Of a DNA stretch of 64,000 nt, positions 1-9,241 are shown piece by piece (position 1 is the first letter of the stretch; each line of letters begins with the position of its first letter). The notes below the pieces were generated by a model. That model worked only from the letters and a program-made list of their open reading frames with translations. It was not told the DNA's origin and made no database searches. Both the position numbers and the translations under genes were made by a program. The stretch covers positions 1 to 64,000 of the forward strand of contig JBGPFC010000009.1 in the NCBI GenBank assembly GCA_041483195.1. The letters run 5' to 3'. This stretch comes from Candidatus Eiseniibacteriota bacterium (lineage in GTDB: Bacteria; Eisenbacteria; RBG-16-71-46).

Positions 1-506
1 ACCACGCCGCGCGCCACATCGCGCGCGTGCACGCCTCCGCGCGGCTCGCCGAAGCGCAGCGCGTCGAGAACTCCCACGACCTCGGCGCCCATGCAGCCGA
101 CGTCCCGCACGATGCCGCCGACGCCGGTGGCAGCGCCCTCCACCGGCAGCACCTGGCTCGGGTGGTTGTGGCTCTCATGGGCGAGGACCAGCGCGAGATG
201 CTCGCAGGGCGCGGGCAGGGCCACGACGCCCGCGTCCTCGCCGGGACCGATCATCACCTGCGGCGCCGCCACCGGCAGGCGGCGCAGCAAGTGCCGCGTG
301 GACTTGTACGAGCAATGCTCGCTCCACAGAATCCCGAACAGCACGGCTTCCGGCCACAGCGGGACCCGCCCCAGCAGCTCGATGAGGAGCGTGATCTCCT
401 CGGGCTCGAGGCGCACGCCGCGCGCCGCCAGTCGGGTGGCGACCGTCTGCGGGTGGCGCGCCTCGGCCGCGGTGTATGCGGGCCGGATGCGCGCCGCGGT
501 CTTCAT
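1..506 (-). CDS. purL: Phosphoribosylformylglycinamidine synthase subunit PurL, N-terminal part (runs off window start)
   Basis: Not in the ORF track. Manual translation from ATG 506 (overlaps purB stop) gives LWSEHCSYKS, GPGEDAGVV, HESHNHPS and GAATGVGGIVRDV. Confidence 0.95.
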   Translation of the reverse strand, partial: MKTAARIRPAYTAAEARHPQTVATRLAARGVRLEPEEITLLIELLGRVPLWPEAVLFGILWSEHCSYKSTRHLLRRLPVAAPQVMIGPGEDAGVVALPAPCEHLALVLAHESHNHPSQVLPVEGAATGVGGIVRDVGCMGAEVVGVLDALRFGEPRGGVHARDVARGV

Positions 507-1804
507 TCCGGACCCCGCGCGGCGCGCGCGAAGATCGCGTCGACGCTCCCGAGAAACCGCTCGATCGCGAAGCATTCCGCCAGCCGCTCACCCGGAAGCA
601 CACGCGCGATCCGCGCGTCGGATTCCAGCGCCGCGCGGAACGGGGTGCCGACGTCCAGCGCACGCATCGCGTGCTCCTGCACCAGGCGGTAGGCCTCGTC
701 GCGTGCGAGTCCGGCCGCGGTGAGCGCGAGCAGCACGCGCTGCGAGAACACCAGCCCGCCGCCGGCGTCGAGCTGGCGGCGCATCGCGCCGGCGTCAACG
801 GTCAGCCGCTCCAGGATGTCCGAGACCTCGGCCGCCATGAAGTCCGCGATCTGAAAGGCGTCCGGGAAGATCACGCGCTCGGCGGAGGAGTGGCTGACGT
901 CCCGCTCGTGCCACAGCGCCTGATTCTCGAGCGCGGCCTGCGCGTACGCGCGCAGCAGGCGGCTCAGCCCGCAAACCCGCTCGCATCGCACCGGGTTGCG
1001 CTTGTGTGGCATCGCGGAAGAGCCCTTCTGTCCCGGCTCGAAGGGCTCCGCCGCTTCGCGCACTTCGCTCCGCTGCAGGTGCCGGATCTCGAGCGCGATC
1101 TTCTCGAGGGTGCCGCCCAGCACCGCGAACGCGCACAGCAGCGCCGCGTGGCGATCGCGCTGCACGATCTGATTGGCCACCGGCTCCGGCGAGAGGCCGA
1201 GGTACGCGAGCGCGGCCTCTTCGACAGCAGCCTCGAGATGGGCCAGGGTGCCCACCGCGCCGGAGCACTTGCCCACCGCGCAGCCCGCGAGCGCGGCCCG
1301 CATCCGATCGCGGTCGCGACCGAGCTCCTCGCTCCAGACCAGACACTTGAGGCCGAAGGTGATGGGTTCGGCATGCATGCCGTGCGTGCGTCCCACCATC
1401 GCCGTGTGGCGGTGACGCTCCGCGAGCGAGCGCGCCGCGCGCTGCGCGCGGCCGATCGCTTCGAGCAGCAACGCGCCCCCCTCGCCGATCTGGAGCGCGA
1501 GCGCGGTGTCCACCAGGTCGGAGCTGGTCATCCCGACGTGAAGGTGGCGCGCGTCGTCGCCTACCGACTCGCCCACCATGCTCAGGAACGCGATGACGTC
1601 GTGCTGCACCTCGGCCTCGATCGCGAGCAGCCGGCGGTGATCGAGGCGCGCGGCGCCGCGAATGCGGCCGCTCACGCCCGCCGGGACCTCGCCGCGCGCC
1701 TCGCGCGCCGCAGTGACCGCGAGCTCGACCTCGAGCCAGAGCGCCAGCCGGCGCTCATCGGCCCACACCCCGCGCATCGCCGGCCGCGCGTAGCGATCGA
1801 TCAT
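503..1804 (-). CDS. purB: Adenylosuccinate lyase
   Basis: MIDRY start, HDVIAF, TSSD, GRTHG and GSSAMPHKRNP signature. Confidence 0.97.
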   Translation of the reverse strand: MIDRYARPAMRGVWADERRLALWLEVELAVTAAREARGEVPAGVSGRIRGAARLDHRRLLAIEAEVQHDVIAFLSMVGESVGDDARHLHVGMTSSDLVDTALALQIGEGGALLLEAIGRAQRAARSLAERHRHTAMVGRTHGMHAEPITFGLKCLVWSEELGRDRDRMRAALAGCAVGKCSGAVGTLAHLEAAVEEAALAYLGLSPEPVANQIVQRDRHAALLCAFAVLGGTLEKIALEIRHLQRSEVREAAEPFEPGQKGSSAMPHKRNPVRCERVCGLSRLLRAYAQAALENQALWHERDVSHSSAERVIFPDAFQIADFMAAEVSDILERLTVDAGAMRRQLDAGGGLVFSQRVLLALTAAGLARDEAYRLVQEHAMRALDVGTPFRAALESDARIARVLPGERLAECFAIERFLGSVDAIFARAARGPE

Positions 1805-2964
1805 TGCTCGCTCCGCGGCGCTTCGGCCAGCGTCAGGCTCACCGCCAGCTTCTGTCCGCCCCGCTCGATGTCGAGCGCGAGCCGGTCGCCGACGCCGGCG
1901 CCGTAGATGCTGCGCTGCGCGTCGTCGACGGTGTCGACCACATGGCCGTTCACGCGCCGAATGCGGTCTCCAACGCGTACCCCCGCGCCGGCCGCGGGTC
2001 CTCCCTCGACGACGCGCGTCACCACCAGGCCGCCCGCGTCCGCGTAGCCGAGCCGGCGCGCGAGGTACGGCGTGATCTCCTGCACCTGCATGCCGGGCCA
2101 CGCCGCGCGGACCCTTCCGTACTTCTGAATCTCCTCCACCACCCGGCGCGCGAGGTTGATGGGGATGGCGAATCCGATCCCGAGCGACCCCCCGCCGCGG
2201 GTGAAGATGAACGTGTTCACACCGATCACCTCGCCGTCGCCGTTCACCAGCGGTCCGCCGCTGTTGCCCGGATTGATCGCGGCGTCGGTCTGAACCATGT
2301 TCTTGTACACGCCGCTCTCCGTGACCTCGGACTTGATGTCGCGGCGGGTCGCGCTGATCACGCCGGCGGTGACGGTGGGCTGCGTGTCGTTCAACAGGAA
2401 TCCGAAGGGATTGCCGATCGCGATCGCCCACTCCCCGACCACCAGATCGTCGCTGTTCCCGAGCGGCGCCACCGGCAGCCGGGGCGCGCTCACGGCCAGC
2501 ACCGCGAGGTCGTAGGTGGGCGAAGCCCCGAGCACCCGGGCCGGCAGCTGGCGTCCGTCACTCAGTGTCACCGTGATCTGCTCGGCGTCCCGCACCACGT
2601 GCTCGTTGGTGAGCAGCAGTCCCTTCGCGTCCACGACGAAACCCGAGCCCAGCCCCGGGATTCGCTCCTTGTATTCCATCGGCGGGTAGAAGCGCTCCCA
2701 GAATTCGTCGGGGATCACGCCGCCGAACGGATCGCTGCGCACCACGCGGGTCGTGACCACGCTCACCGAGACCACGGCCGGGCTCACGCGTTGCGCGGCG
2801 GTGACGATCGCGGTCCGCCGCGCGCTCGAGAGTTCCTGCGCCTCGGCGGGGGTCACGCCTCGCGCACGCCCCGGCGCGTGGCGCATGACGAGCGTGGTCG
2901 CCAGCACGCCCAGCGCCAGGCCCACGATCACGCCGCGCACGCCCGCTCGAGTGGGCAGGTTCAT
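1801..2964 (-). CDS. htrA: HtrA/DegP-family serine protease with one PDZ domain
   Basis: N-terminal TM helix; TNEHVV, DLAVL and QTDAAINPGNSGGPL triad; C-terminal PDZ. ATG 2964 overlaps truA stop. Confidence 0.93.
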   Translation of the reverse strand: MNLPTRAGVRGVIVGLALGVLATTLVMRHAPGRARGVTPAEAQELSSARRTAIVTAAQRVSPAVVSVSVVTTRVVRSDPFGGVIPDEFWERFYPPMEYKERIPGLGSGFVVDAKGLLLTNEHVVRDAEQITVTLSDGRQLPARVLGASPTYDLAVLAVSAPRLPVAPLGNSDDLVVGEWAIAIGNPFGFLLNDTQPTVTAGVISATRRDIKSEVTESGVYKNMVQTDAAINPGNSGGPLVNGDGEVIGVNTFIFTRGGGSLGIGFAIPINLARRVVEEIQKYGRVRAAWPGMQVQEITPYLARRLGYADAGGLVVTRVVEGGPAAGAGVRVGDRIRRVNGHVVDTVDDAQRSIYGAGVGDRLALDIERGGQKLAVSLTLAEAPRSEQ

Positions 2965-3707
2965 GCACCGGCCTCCCGATAGAACACCTCTTCGAAGCAG
3001 AGCCCATGCGCCGGGGCGGTGACCCCGGCGCAACGCCGGTCACGCCCGGCGAGCACCTTGCGCATCGCTTCCGCCGGGTCCGGAGAGGCGGCCGCGCTCA
3101 GCGCGGTGCCGACCACGTTGCGCACCATGTGATACAGGAACCGGTCGGCCACGATGTCGAGCCGCACGCCGCCTTCCCACCGCCCCCATCGCGCGCGCGC
3201 GACCCGGCACTCAGGCGGCACCCGGGTGCTGCCGGCCGCCTGGAAAGCGCTGAAGTCGTGCTCGCCCTCGAGCGCGCGGGTCGCGCGCTCCAGCGCATCC
3301 GGATCGGGCGCGTGCCGCGGATGCCACGCGAAACGCGAGAACAGTGGGTCGTCGGCGCGCAACAGCCGGTAGGCGTAACGCCGGCCGCACGCCGAGTGCC
3401 GTGCGTGGAATCCGGCGTCCGCTTCGCCAATCGAGCGCACCCGCACATCGGGAGGCAGGCGGCGCGCGAGGCCGGCCTCGATGGCGCGCGGCGGGAGGCG
3501 GGTCGCGGATTGAAAAGAGGCCACCTGCCCGCGCGCGTGAACCCCGGCGTCGGTGCGGCCGGCGCCGTGCACGTCGATCGCTTCACCGGCGAGCAGCATG
3601 CGCAGCGTCTCCACGAGTACCCCCTGGACCGTGCGCTGGCCGGGCTGAGCCTGCCAGCCGTGAAAGGAGGTGCCGTCGTACCCGATCACCAGCCTGAACG
3701 TCCGCAC
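2961..3707 (-). CDS. truA: tRNA pseudouridine(38-40) synthase
   Basis: YDGTSFHGWQ, GRTDAGVHA, FLYHMVR and TAPAHGL motifs. Confidence 0.97.
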   Translation of the reverse strand: MRTFRLVIGYDGTSFHGWQAQPGQRTVQGVLVETLRMLLAGEAIDVHGAGRTDAGVHARGQVASFQSATRLPPRAIEAGLARRLPPDVRVRSIGEADAGFHARHSACGRRYAYRLLRADDPLFSRFAWHPRHAPDPDALERATRALEGEHDFSAFQAAGSTRVPPECRVARARWGRWEGGVRLDIVADRFLYHMVRNVVGTALSAAASPDPAEAMRKVLAGRDRRCAGVTAPAHGLCFEEVFYREAGA

Positions 3708-4442
3708 CTAGGCTCGCCACAGGAGGGCCGCCCCCGCGACGGCGAGCCCCGCGCCCTTCCACGCCCATCCGCCGCGGGCGGGCGGCGGAACCGGTCGCAT
3801 CCGATAGTGGCGCGCCTCGAGCGCGAGCCCGACGCGCTCCGCGCGCTCGAGAGAGGCGACCAGCGTCGGCACCAGCGCGGCGCGCAGGCGCCGCAGCCGC
3901 TCTGCCCATCCGCGCGGTGGCCGCCCCGCGCGCAGCGCCTGGATGGCCGCGATCCGACGCGCCTCGGCGCCCACCAGCGGCGCGAAGCGCAACGCCAGAC
4001 CGAGCACCACCCGCGATCGACCCACCGCGAGCCCCACGCGCTCGAGCGGGGCGAGGAGCCTCGCGACTTCGTCCGCCGCGCGCTCCCCAGGCCACAGCGC
4101 CTTCAGCCCGAGCATCGCGACCGCCGCTCCGATCACCCGCAGCGCGAGCAGCGCGCCGAGCGCGAGACCTTCCCGGGTGGGAGTGCGTCCCAGCAGGGCG
4201 GGCAGCGGGAGCGCACGACCGGGATCGAGGTAGAGATTGAGCGCGAGCGAGAGCGCCCCGCCGAAGGCCATCAGCCGCCACCAGCCGGCCGCGGGACGGG
4301 TGGCGCCCGCCGCGGCCGCCGCGACGGTCGCGAGCACAACGCACGCGATCGCGCTCTCGAGCCGCGCGGCGACCAGCGATCCCGCCATCGCGCCGAGCAA
4401 CAGGGGCGCGAGCGCCTTCGCCCGCGGCGCGGCCGCGCTCAT
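3708..4442 (-). CDS. ecfT: ECF transporter transmembrane T component (CbiQ/EcfT family)
   Basis: Hydrophobic N-terminal half, LALRFAP, and two X-R-X coupling motifs (QALRAG, LEARHY). ATG overlaps asd stop. Confidence 0.8.
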   Translation of the reverse strand: MSAAAPRAKALAPLLLGAMAGSLVAARLESAIACVVLATVAAAAAGATRPAAGWWRLMAFGGALSLALNLYLDPGRALPLPALLGRTPTREGLALGALLALRVIGAAVAMLGLKALWPGERAADEVARLLAPLERVGLAVGRSRVVLGLALRFAPLVGAEARRIAAIQALRAGRPPRGWAERLRRLRAALVPTLVASLERAERVGLALEARHYRMRPVPPPARGGWAWKGAGLAVAGAALLWRA

Positions 4443-5455
4443 CGCGCCCCTGCCCGCTCGCCGCACCATGCCTCGGCGATCTGCACAGCGTTCAGCGCGG
4501 CGCCCTTGCGCAGGTTGTCGGAGGCGATGAAGAACTCGAGCGCGTTCGCCTGAGAGAGATCGCGCCGCGCGCGGCCCACCAGCACCGCGTCGCGCCCCTC
4601 GGCATCGAGCGGCATCGGGTACCGGCCGCGCCCGGGATCGTCCACCACCTCGAGCCCCGGGAAGCGGCGCCACAGCGCGCGGGCCTCATCGGGTTCGATG
4701 GCGCGCTCGAACCGCGCGTTGACGGCCGCCGCATGCCCGACGCGCACCGGCACCCGCACCGCGGTCGCGGTGATCGGGAGCTCGGGCAGCCCCAGGATCT
4801 TGCGCGTTTCCCACACGATCTTCATCTCCTCCCGGGTGTAGCCGTTGCTCTCGAAGCGGTCGATGTGAGGGACCACGTTGAACGCCAGCGCTGGCGAGCC
4901 GCTCGCGAGCGGCGGCGGCGGCCCGTCGAGCCCGTCGCGCACCCCGCGCTCGAGATCCGCGAGCGCTTCGGCTCCCGCCCCCGACACCGATTGGTAGGTC
5001 GCGACCGCCACGCGCTCGAGGCGCGCCGCGCGCGCCAGCGGGGCGAGCGCCATCACGATCGCGATCGTCGAGCAGTTGGGGTTCGCGATCAGCGTGGCGC
5101 GCGGGTCGAGCAGCGCCCCATTGATCTCAGGCACCACCAGCGGCACGCGCTCGTGATAGCGGAACGCGCTGCTGTTGTCGATGACGCGCGCGCCCGCCGC
5201 CTCGGCGATCGGCGCCCACTCCTCGCTCACCGCGTTCGCGACCGCGAACAGCGCGAGGTCGATGCCCGCGAACGAATCCGCCCGCACCGGCTGGACTTCG
5301 ATCGATGCTTCGTGGAACCGCAGCGAACGGCCCGCCCCGGCGTCGCTCGCCAGCAGGCGCAGCGAGCCGACCTCGAACCTTCGCGCTTCGAGGATGCGGA
5401 GCATGGTCTGGCCGACCAGCCCGGTCGCGCCGAGAATGGCCACGCGACGGCTCAC
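4439..5455 (-). CDS. asd: Aspartate-semialdehyde dehydrogenase
   Basis: GATGLVG, IDNSSAFR, NPNCST, YQSVSGAG and DNLRKGAA motifs. Confidence 0.97.
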   Translation of the reverse strand: MSRRVAILGATGLVGQTMLRILEARRFEVGSLRLLASDAGAGRSLRFHEASIEVQPVRADSFAGIDLALFAVANAVSEEWAPIAEAAGARVIDNSSAFRYHERVPLVVPEINGALLDPRATLIANPNCSTIAIVMALAPLARAARLERVAVATYQSVSGAGAEALADLERGVRDGLDGPPPPLASGSPALAFNVVPHIDRFESNGYTREEMKIVWETRKILGLPELPITATAVRVPVRVGHAAAVNARFERAIEPDEARALWRRFPGLEVVDDPGRGRYPMPLDAEGRDAVLVGRARRDLSQANALEFFIASDNLRKGAALNAVQIAEAWCGERAGAR

Positions 5456-5526
5456 AGGGTCGACTCCAGACGCCTCACGAGGGCGACGCTCCGCGGCAGG
5501 TGGGATCTCACGGGACCGGAACCGGC

Positions 5527-5556
5527 ATGGTAGTGGCCGCGCCCGCGAAGTGTCAA
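5527..5556 (-). promoter_or_regulatory. Sigma70-type promoter upstream of asd
   Basis: TTGACA-N18-TACCAT on the minus strand in the lnt-asd gap. Confidence 0.65.
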
Positions 5557-5617
5557 CGCGAGCGCCGCGGTTCCATCGCGCCGCGATGTCGCATGCCCGG
5601 GGGTGCCTCCGCGCAGG

Positions 5618-7198
5618 TCAACGCTCGCCGCGCGGTCCGATCGGTATTCCGGTCATCGCGCCGAGCACGAGTGCGAGCAGCGCGAGACCGCATGCGATTC
5701 CCGGCCAGTCGCCGACGCGCGTGTAGAGAGTCCGGGGTCCCGGCGCCGAGAGCGCGCCGATCAGCACGCCGGGCGTGAACACCGGCAGTCGCTGCCGCAC
5801 GCGCCCGTTCGCGTCGATCAGGAGCGTGAGCCCCGTGTTCGCGCAGCGCGCGAGCGGGACGTGATGCTCGACCGCGCGGAAGCTCGCCATCGCCGCGTGC
5901 TGCGCGAGCGCAGCGCTGTTGCCGAACCACTCGTCGTTGGTGACGTTGACCAGCCAGCGAGCGCCCTTGCGGACGTCGGCGCGGGCGAGCGCCGGAAAGA
6001 TGGACTCGAAGCAGATCAGGCAGCTGAACGGCCCCCCGGGCCCCGCGAACAACACGGTGCCGGATCCACTCGTCCATTCGGCCTGCCCGAGGTCGAGCCT
6101 TCCCAGCGCCGGGATCAGCCACTCGAACGGCATGCGCTCCCCGAATGGAACGAGATGCCGCTTGGCGTAGGTCGCGCCTCCGCTGCCGTCCGGGGTGAAC
6201 ATCCCCGCCGCGTTGGTCACGGCGGTGCGCCCGTCAGCGGTGATGCCGTAGTCGGCGAAACCGCTGAAGACCGGCACCCCGGTGCGCGCCGTGAAGCGCG
6301 CGACCGCCAGCGCCTGATCGAGCTGCTTGCGCATGTAGCTGCCGGTCGCGGTCTCCGGCCACACCACGAGTTCAGGACGCGGCGTCGCCCGCACCGCGCT
6401 GTCGGAGAGCGCGAGAAACGTCGCGAGAATCTCGGGCTCGTGCTTGCCCGACCACTTGAACTCGCCCGCCACGTCGGCCTGCACCAGCGCCACCACCGGA
6501 CCCGAGCCGCGCGGAGCTGCCTCGAGCACGCGCCGGCCCCACAGCCACGGAAAGAGCAGCACCAGCAGCGCGCCGAACGCGGCACGCAGGCGACTTCGTC
6601 CCGCGAGCGCGCGCCAGATGAGCACGTTCGACACCAGCACCCAGAGCGTGACGAGCGTCACGCTCCCGAGGCTCGCGAGCTGGATCACGGGAGCGTAGGC
6701 GTGCTGGCTGTAGCCGGGCTGGAACCACGGAAACCCGAGCTCGCCAGAGCCCCGCAATTCTTCGATCGCGAGCGCCACCACCGGAAAGGTCCAGGCCAGC
6801 GATCGGCGCGCGCGCCGCGCGAGCACTCCCGCGACCAGCGTGGTGAGTCCTGAGAACAAGGCGAGGTAGCCCGCCGCCATGATCCACGCCGGATACTTGA
6901 GCCACGGCAGGGTGATCGCGACCTCCGACAGCAACGCGATCCAGTGGGTTCCGATCAGGTAGAAGGAGAGGCCGAACGCGTAGCCCAGCGAGAACAGCCC
7001 GCGCGCCCCGGCGCGCGAGCGCATGCGCGCCTCGAGCGCGACCAGCAGCGGAACGAACGCGATCCACGCGAGACAGCCGAGCGGGGCGGGCGTGAACGCC
7101 GCACCGAGGAGCGCGCCGGAGAGCAGCGCGAGCGCGAGCTGCCGGCGATTACCCGAGCCGGACCTCTTTCCCCTGCTCGGCGGACCGGTAGACGGCAT
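5618..7198 (-). CDS. lnt: Apolipoprotein N-acyltransferase
   Basis: Multi-TM N-terminus; GFPW; nitrilase triad WPET / KRHLVPFGE / ICFES; TNDEWF. Confidence 0.95.
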   Translation of the reverse strand: MPSTGPPSRGKRSGSGNRRQLALALLSGALLGAAFTPAPLGCLAWIAFVPLLVALEARMRSRAGARGLFSLGYAFGLSFYLIGTHWIALLSEVAITLPWLKYPAWIMAAGYLALFSGLTTLVAGVLARRARRSLAWTFPVVALAIEELRGSGELGFPWFQPGYSQHAYAPVIQLASLGSVTLVTLWVLVSNVLIWRALAGRSRLRAAFGALLVLLFPWLWGRRVLEAAPRGSGPVVALVQADVAGEFKWSGKHEPEILATFLALSDSAVRATPRPELVVWPETATGSYMRKQLDQALAVARFTARTGVPVFSGFADYGITADGRTAVTNAAGMFTPDGSGGATYAKRHLVPFGERMPFEWLIPALGRLDLGQAEWTSGSGTVLFAGPGGPFSCLICFESIFPALARADVRKGARWLVNVTNDEWFGNSAALAQHAAMASFRAVEHHVPLARCANTGLTLLIDANGRVRQRLPVFTPGVLIGALSAPGPRTLYTRVGDWPGIACGLALLALVLGAMTGIPIGPRGER

Positions 7199-8162
7199 CC
7201 ATCAGCTCCATGACCGGGACGATCTCGTCGGCGTGGCCCATGGGCTTCACGTTCTTCCTGAGCACGTCGACGAAGTGATCGATCTGCGCCTCGATCGAAT
7301 GCTTGTACTGGTTGCGGGAGGTCTCGAGCGTGGGGGTCACGTTGACGAGCGTCCCATGCATTCCCTTGTGCACCCGGAACGGATTGAGCAGCGCGGCGCC
7401 CCCGGATCCGAACAGGTTGAGGTAGGCGAAGTCCTTCTCCATGAGCAGACCCCAGGTCAGCTCGAGCGTGAGCGTCGCGCCGGACGCGAGGCGGAAGAAG
7501 GCCGTCGCGCTGTCCTCGACCTCGCCCTTGCGCGAACGGTGGACGCTCGCCGTCACCGATTCCACCTTCGGACCGCCGAGCGTCCACAGCGAGAGGTCGA
7601 GCATCTGGAATCCGAGGTCGAGCACCACGCCGCCGCCGGACTCCCGCTTGCCGCGGCGCCACTCGTCGGAGTCCCACTCCGTGCGCTGGCGCAGCCACCC
7701 CGCCTTCGCGAGGAAGATGTCGCCGAGATCGCCCTTCTCGACGAACTTGCGCAGCAACTGGGCGTCGGGGCGGAACCGATGCTGCACCGCGCACATCAGG
7801 AGCCGGTCGGCCTTCTTCGCCGCCTTCGCCATGTTCTCCGCTTCCGCCGCGCTGCGCGCGAGCGGGCGCTCGCAGAGCACGTCCTTCCCGGCCTCGAGGG
7901 CCGCGATCGCGAGCGGCGCGTGAAGGAAATTCGGCGTGCAGATGTCGATCGCGTCGATCGTCTCGTCGGCGAGCAGATCGTCGAATCGCGAGTGCACCTT
8001 CGGCACCTGGAACTTCTGCGCGACCCGCGCGGCCTTTTCCGGATCGCGGTCGCACAGCGCCGCCAGCTCGAGTCCCTCGTTCTTCTTCAGCGCGGGGATG
8101 TGGGCGATCTGCGCCGCCGCTCCCACGCCGACCAGCCCGATTCGAAGACTTTTTCGCGCCAC
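7149..8162 (-). CDS. Gfo/Idh/MocA-family NAD(P)-binding protein with atypical catalytic residues
   Basis: IGLVGVG Rossmann motif, ICTPNFLH, GGGVVLDLG. CERP replaces CEKP and DLGFQ replaces DxxxH. GTG start with GGAGG SD. Confidence 0.88.
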   Translation of the reverse strand: MARKSLRIGLVGVGAAAQIAHIPALKKNEGLELAALCDRDPEKAARVAQKFQVPKVHSRFDDLLADETIDAIDICTPNFLHAPLAIAALEAGKDVLCERPLARSAAEAENMAKAAKKADRLLMCAVQHRFRPDAQLLRKFVEKGDLGDIFLAKAGWLRQRTEWDSDEWRRGKRESGGGVVLDLGFQMLDLSLWTLGGPKVESVTASVHRSRKGEVEDSATAFFRLASGATLTLELTWGLLMEKDFAYLNLFGSGGAALLNPFRVHKGMHGTLVNVTPTLETSRNQYKHSIEAQIDHFVDVLRKNVKPMGHADEIVPVMELMDAVYRSAEQGKEVRLG

Positions 8163-8191
8163 GTGTGCCCTCCCTGGAACGATGGGCGCGG

Positions 8192-8220
8192 AGTCTAGGG
8201 AGCCACTTCGGGAGCGTCAA
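8192..8220 (-). promoter_or_regulatory. Sigma70-type promoter upstream of the Gfo-family gene
   Basis: TTGACG-N17-TAGACT overlapping the 3' end of the upstream activator gene. Confidence 0.55.
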
Positions 8221-9205
8221 GCGCCATGCCGTCGGACTCCTGCGCCGTGAGGCCGTAGCGACGCAGCTTCTTGAGCAGGCCCTGCCGCGAGAGGCCGAGC
8301 GAACGGGCCGCCTGCGACTTGTTCCAGCGCGCGCCGTCGAGTGCCTCGCGCAGGCGGCGCTCCTCGAGCGCGCGGGTCTCGGCGTGCAGCCCGCGCGCCT
8401 CCGGCGTCCCGGGCAGGAGCGGCTGGTCGGGCCAGTGCTCGAGCCCGACCACCGCGCGCGCGCCTGCGACGCGCACCGCATACGCGCAACCGTTCGAGAG
8501 CTCCCGTACGTTCCCGGGCCACGGGTAGCGCATCAGGTGAGCGATCAGCCGCGGATCGAGGGCGGGCGGCGGCGCGCCGCAGGTGGCCGCCGCGCGCGCG
8601 AGGAACGCGCGCGCGAGCAGCAACACGTCCTCGCCGCGCTCGCGCAAGGCCGGAAGCACGAGCCGCACGGCGTTGAGGCGGTAGTAGAGATCGGCGCGGA
8701 ATGTGCCCGCCCCGACCGCCTGGTCGAGGGTGCGGTGGGTCGCGGAGACCACGCGCACGTCGAGATGGCGGACGCGCGTGTCGCCCACCCGCCGCGCCTC
8801 ACCCTCCTGCAGCACGCGCAGCAACTTCATCTGGAGCAGCGCGCTCGCATCTCCGATCTCGTCGAGGAAGAGCGTGCCATGGTCGGCGGCCTCGAACAGC
8901 CCGGCGCGGTCGGCCACCGCTCCGGTGAACGCGCCCCGGCTGTGACCGAACAGCTCGCTCTCGATCAGCGTGTCGGGGGTCGCACCGCAATTGTGCGCGA
9001 CGAATTCCGCGCGGCGACGCGGGCTGAGCGTGTGGACCGCCCGCGCGACCAGCTCCTTTCCGGTCCCGGTTTCGCCCAGCACCACCACCGGGAGCTCGCT
9101 CTCCGCCACCCGCGGGAGCGCGCGGCACAGCTCACGCCAGGCTTGCGATTCTCCAAGCATCTCGGGCGGCAACCGCCGCCCCGCATCCCGACTCTCGCGT
9201 TCCAT
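8195..9205 (-). CDS. Sigma54-dependent enhancer-binding protein (AAA+ plus Fis HTH) lacking an N-terminal sensor domain
   Basis: [45 protein letters not shown] and [11 protein letters not shown]. The AAA+ domain starts about 15 aa after the start codon. Confidence 0.93.
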   Translation of the reverse strand: MERESRDAGRRLPPEMLGESQAWRELCRALPRVAESELPVVVLGETGTGKELVARAVHTLSPRRRAEFVAHNCGATPDTLIESELFGHSRGAFTGAVADRAGLFEAADHGTLFLDEIGDASALLQMKLLRVLQEGEARRVGDTRVRHLDVRVVSATHRTLDQAVGAGTFRADLYYRLNAVRLVLPALRERGEDVLLLARAFLARAAATCGAPPPALDPRLIAHLMRYPWPGNVRELSNGCAYAVRVAGARAVVGLEHWPDQPLLPGTPEARGLHAETRALEERRLREALDGARWNKSQAARSLGLSRQGLLKKLRRYGLTAQESDGMALDAPEVAP

Positions 9206-9241
9206 CCCACCCTCCCGTCCCCGTACCGCCCGGAACGCCGC

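Noticed and set aside
5574..5588. Hairpin CATCGC-N3-GCGATG after lnt as a terminator
   Set aside because: Short stem with no U-tract; such hairpins are expected by chance in GC-rich DNA.
8195..9205. FleQ-like c-di-GMP binding by the activator, given the nearby HD-GYP
   Set aside because: The FleQ LFRS-type motif before the AAA+ domain is absent. Proximity alone is not evidence.
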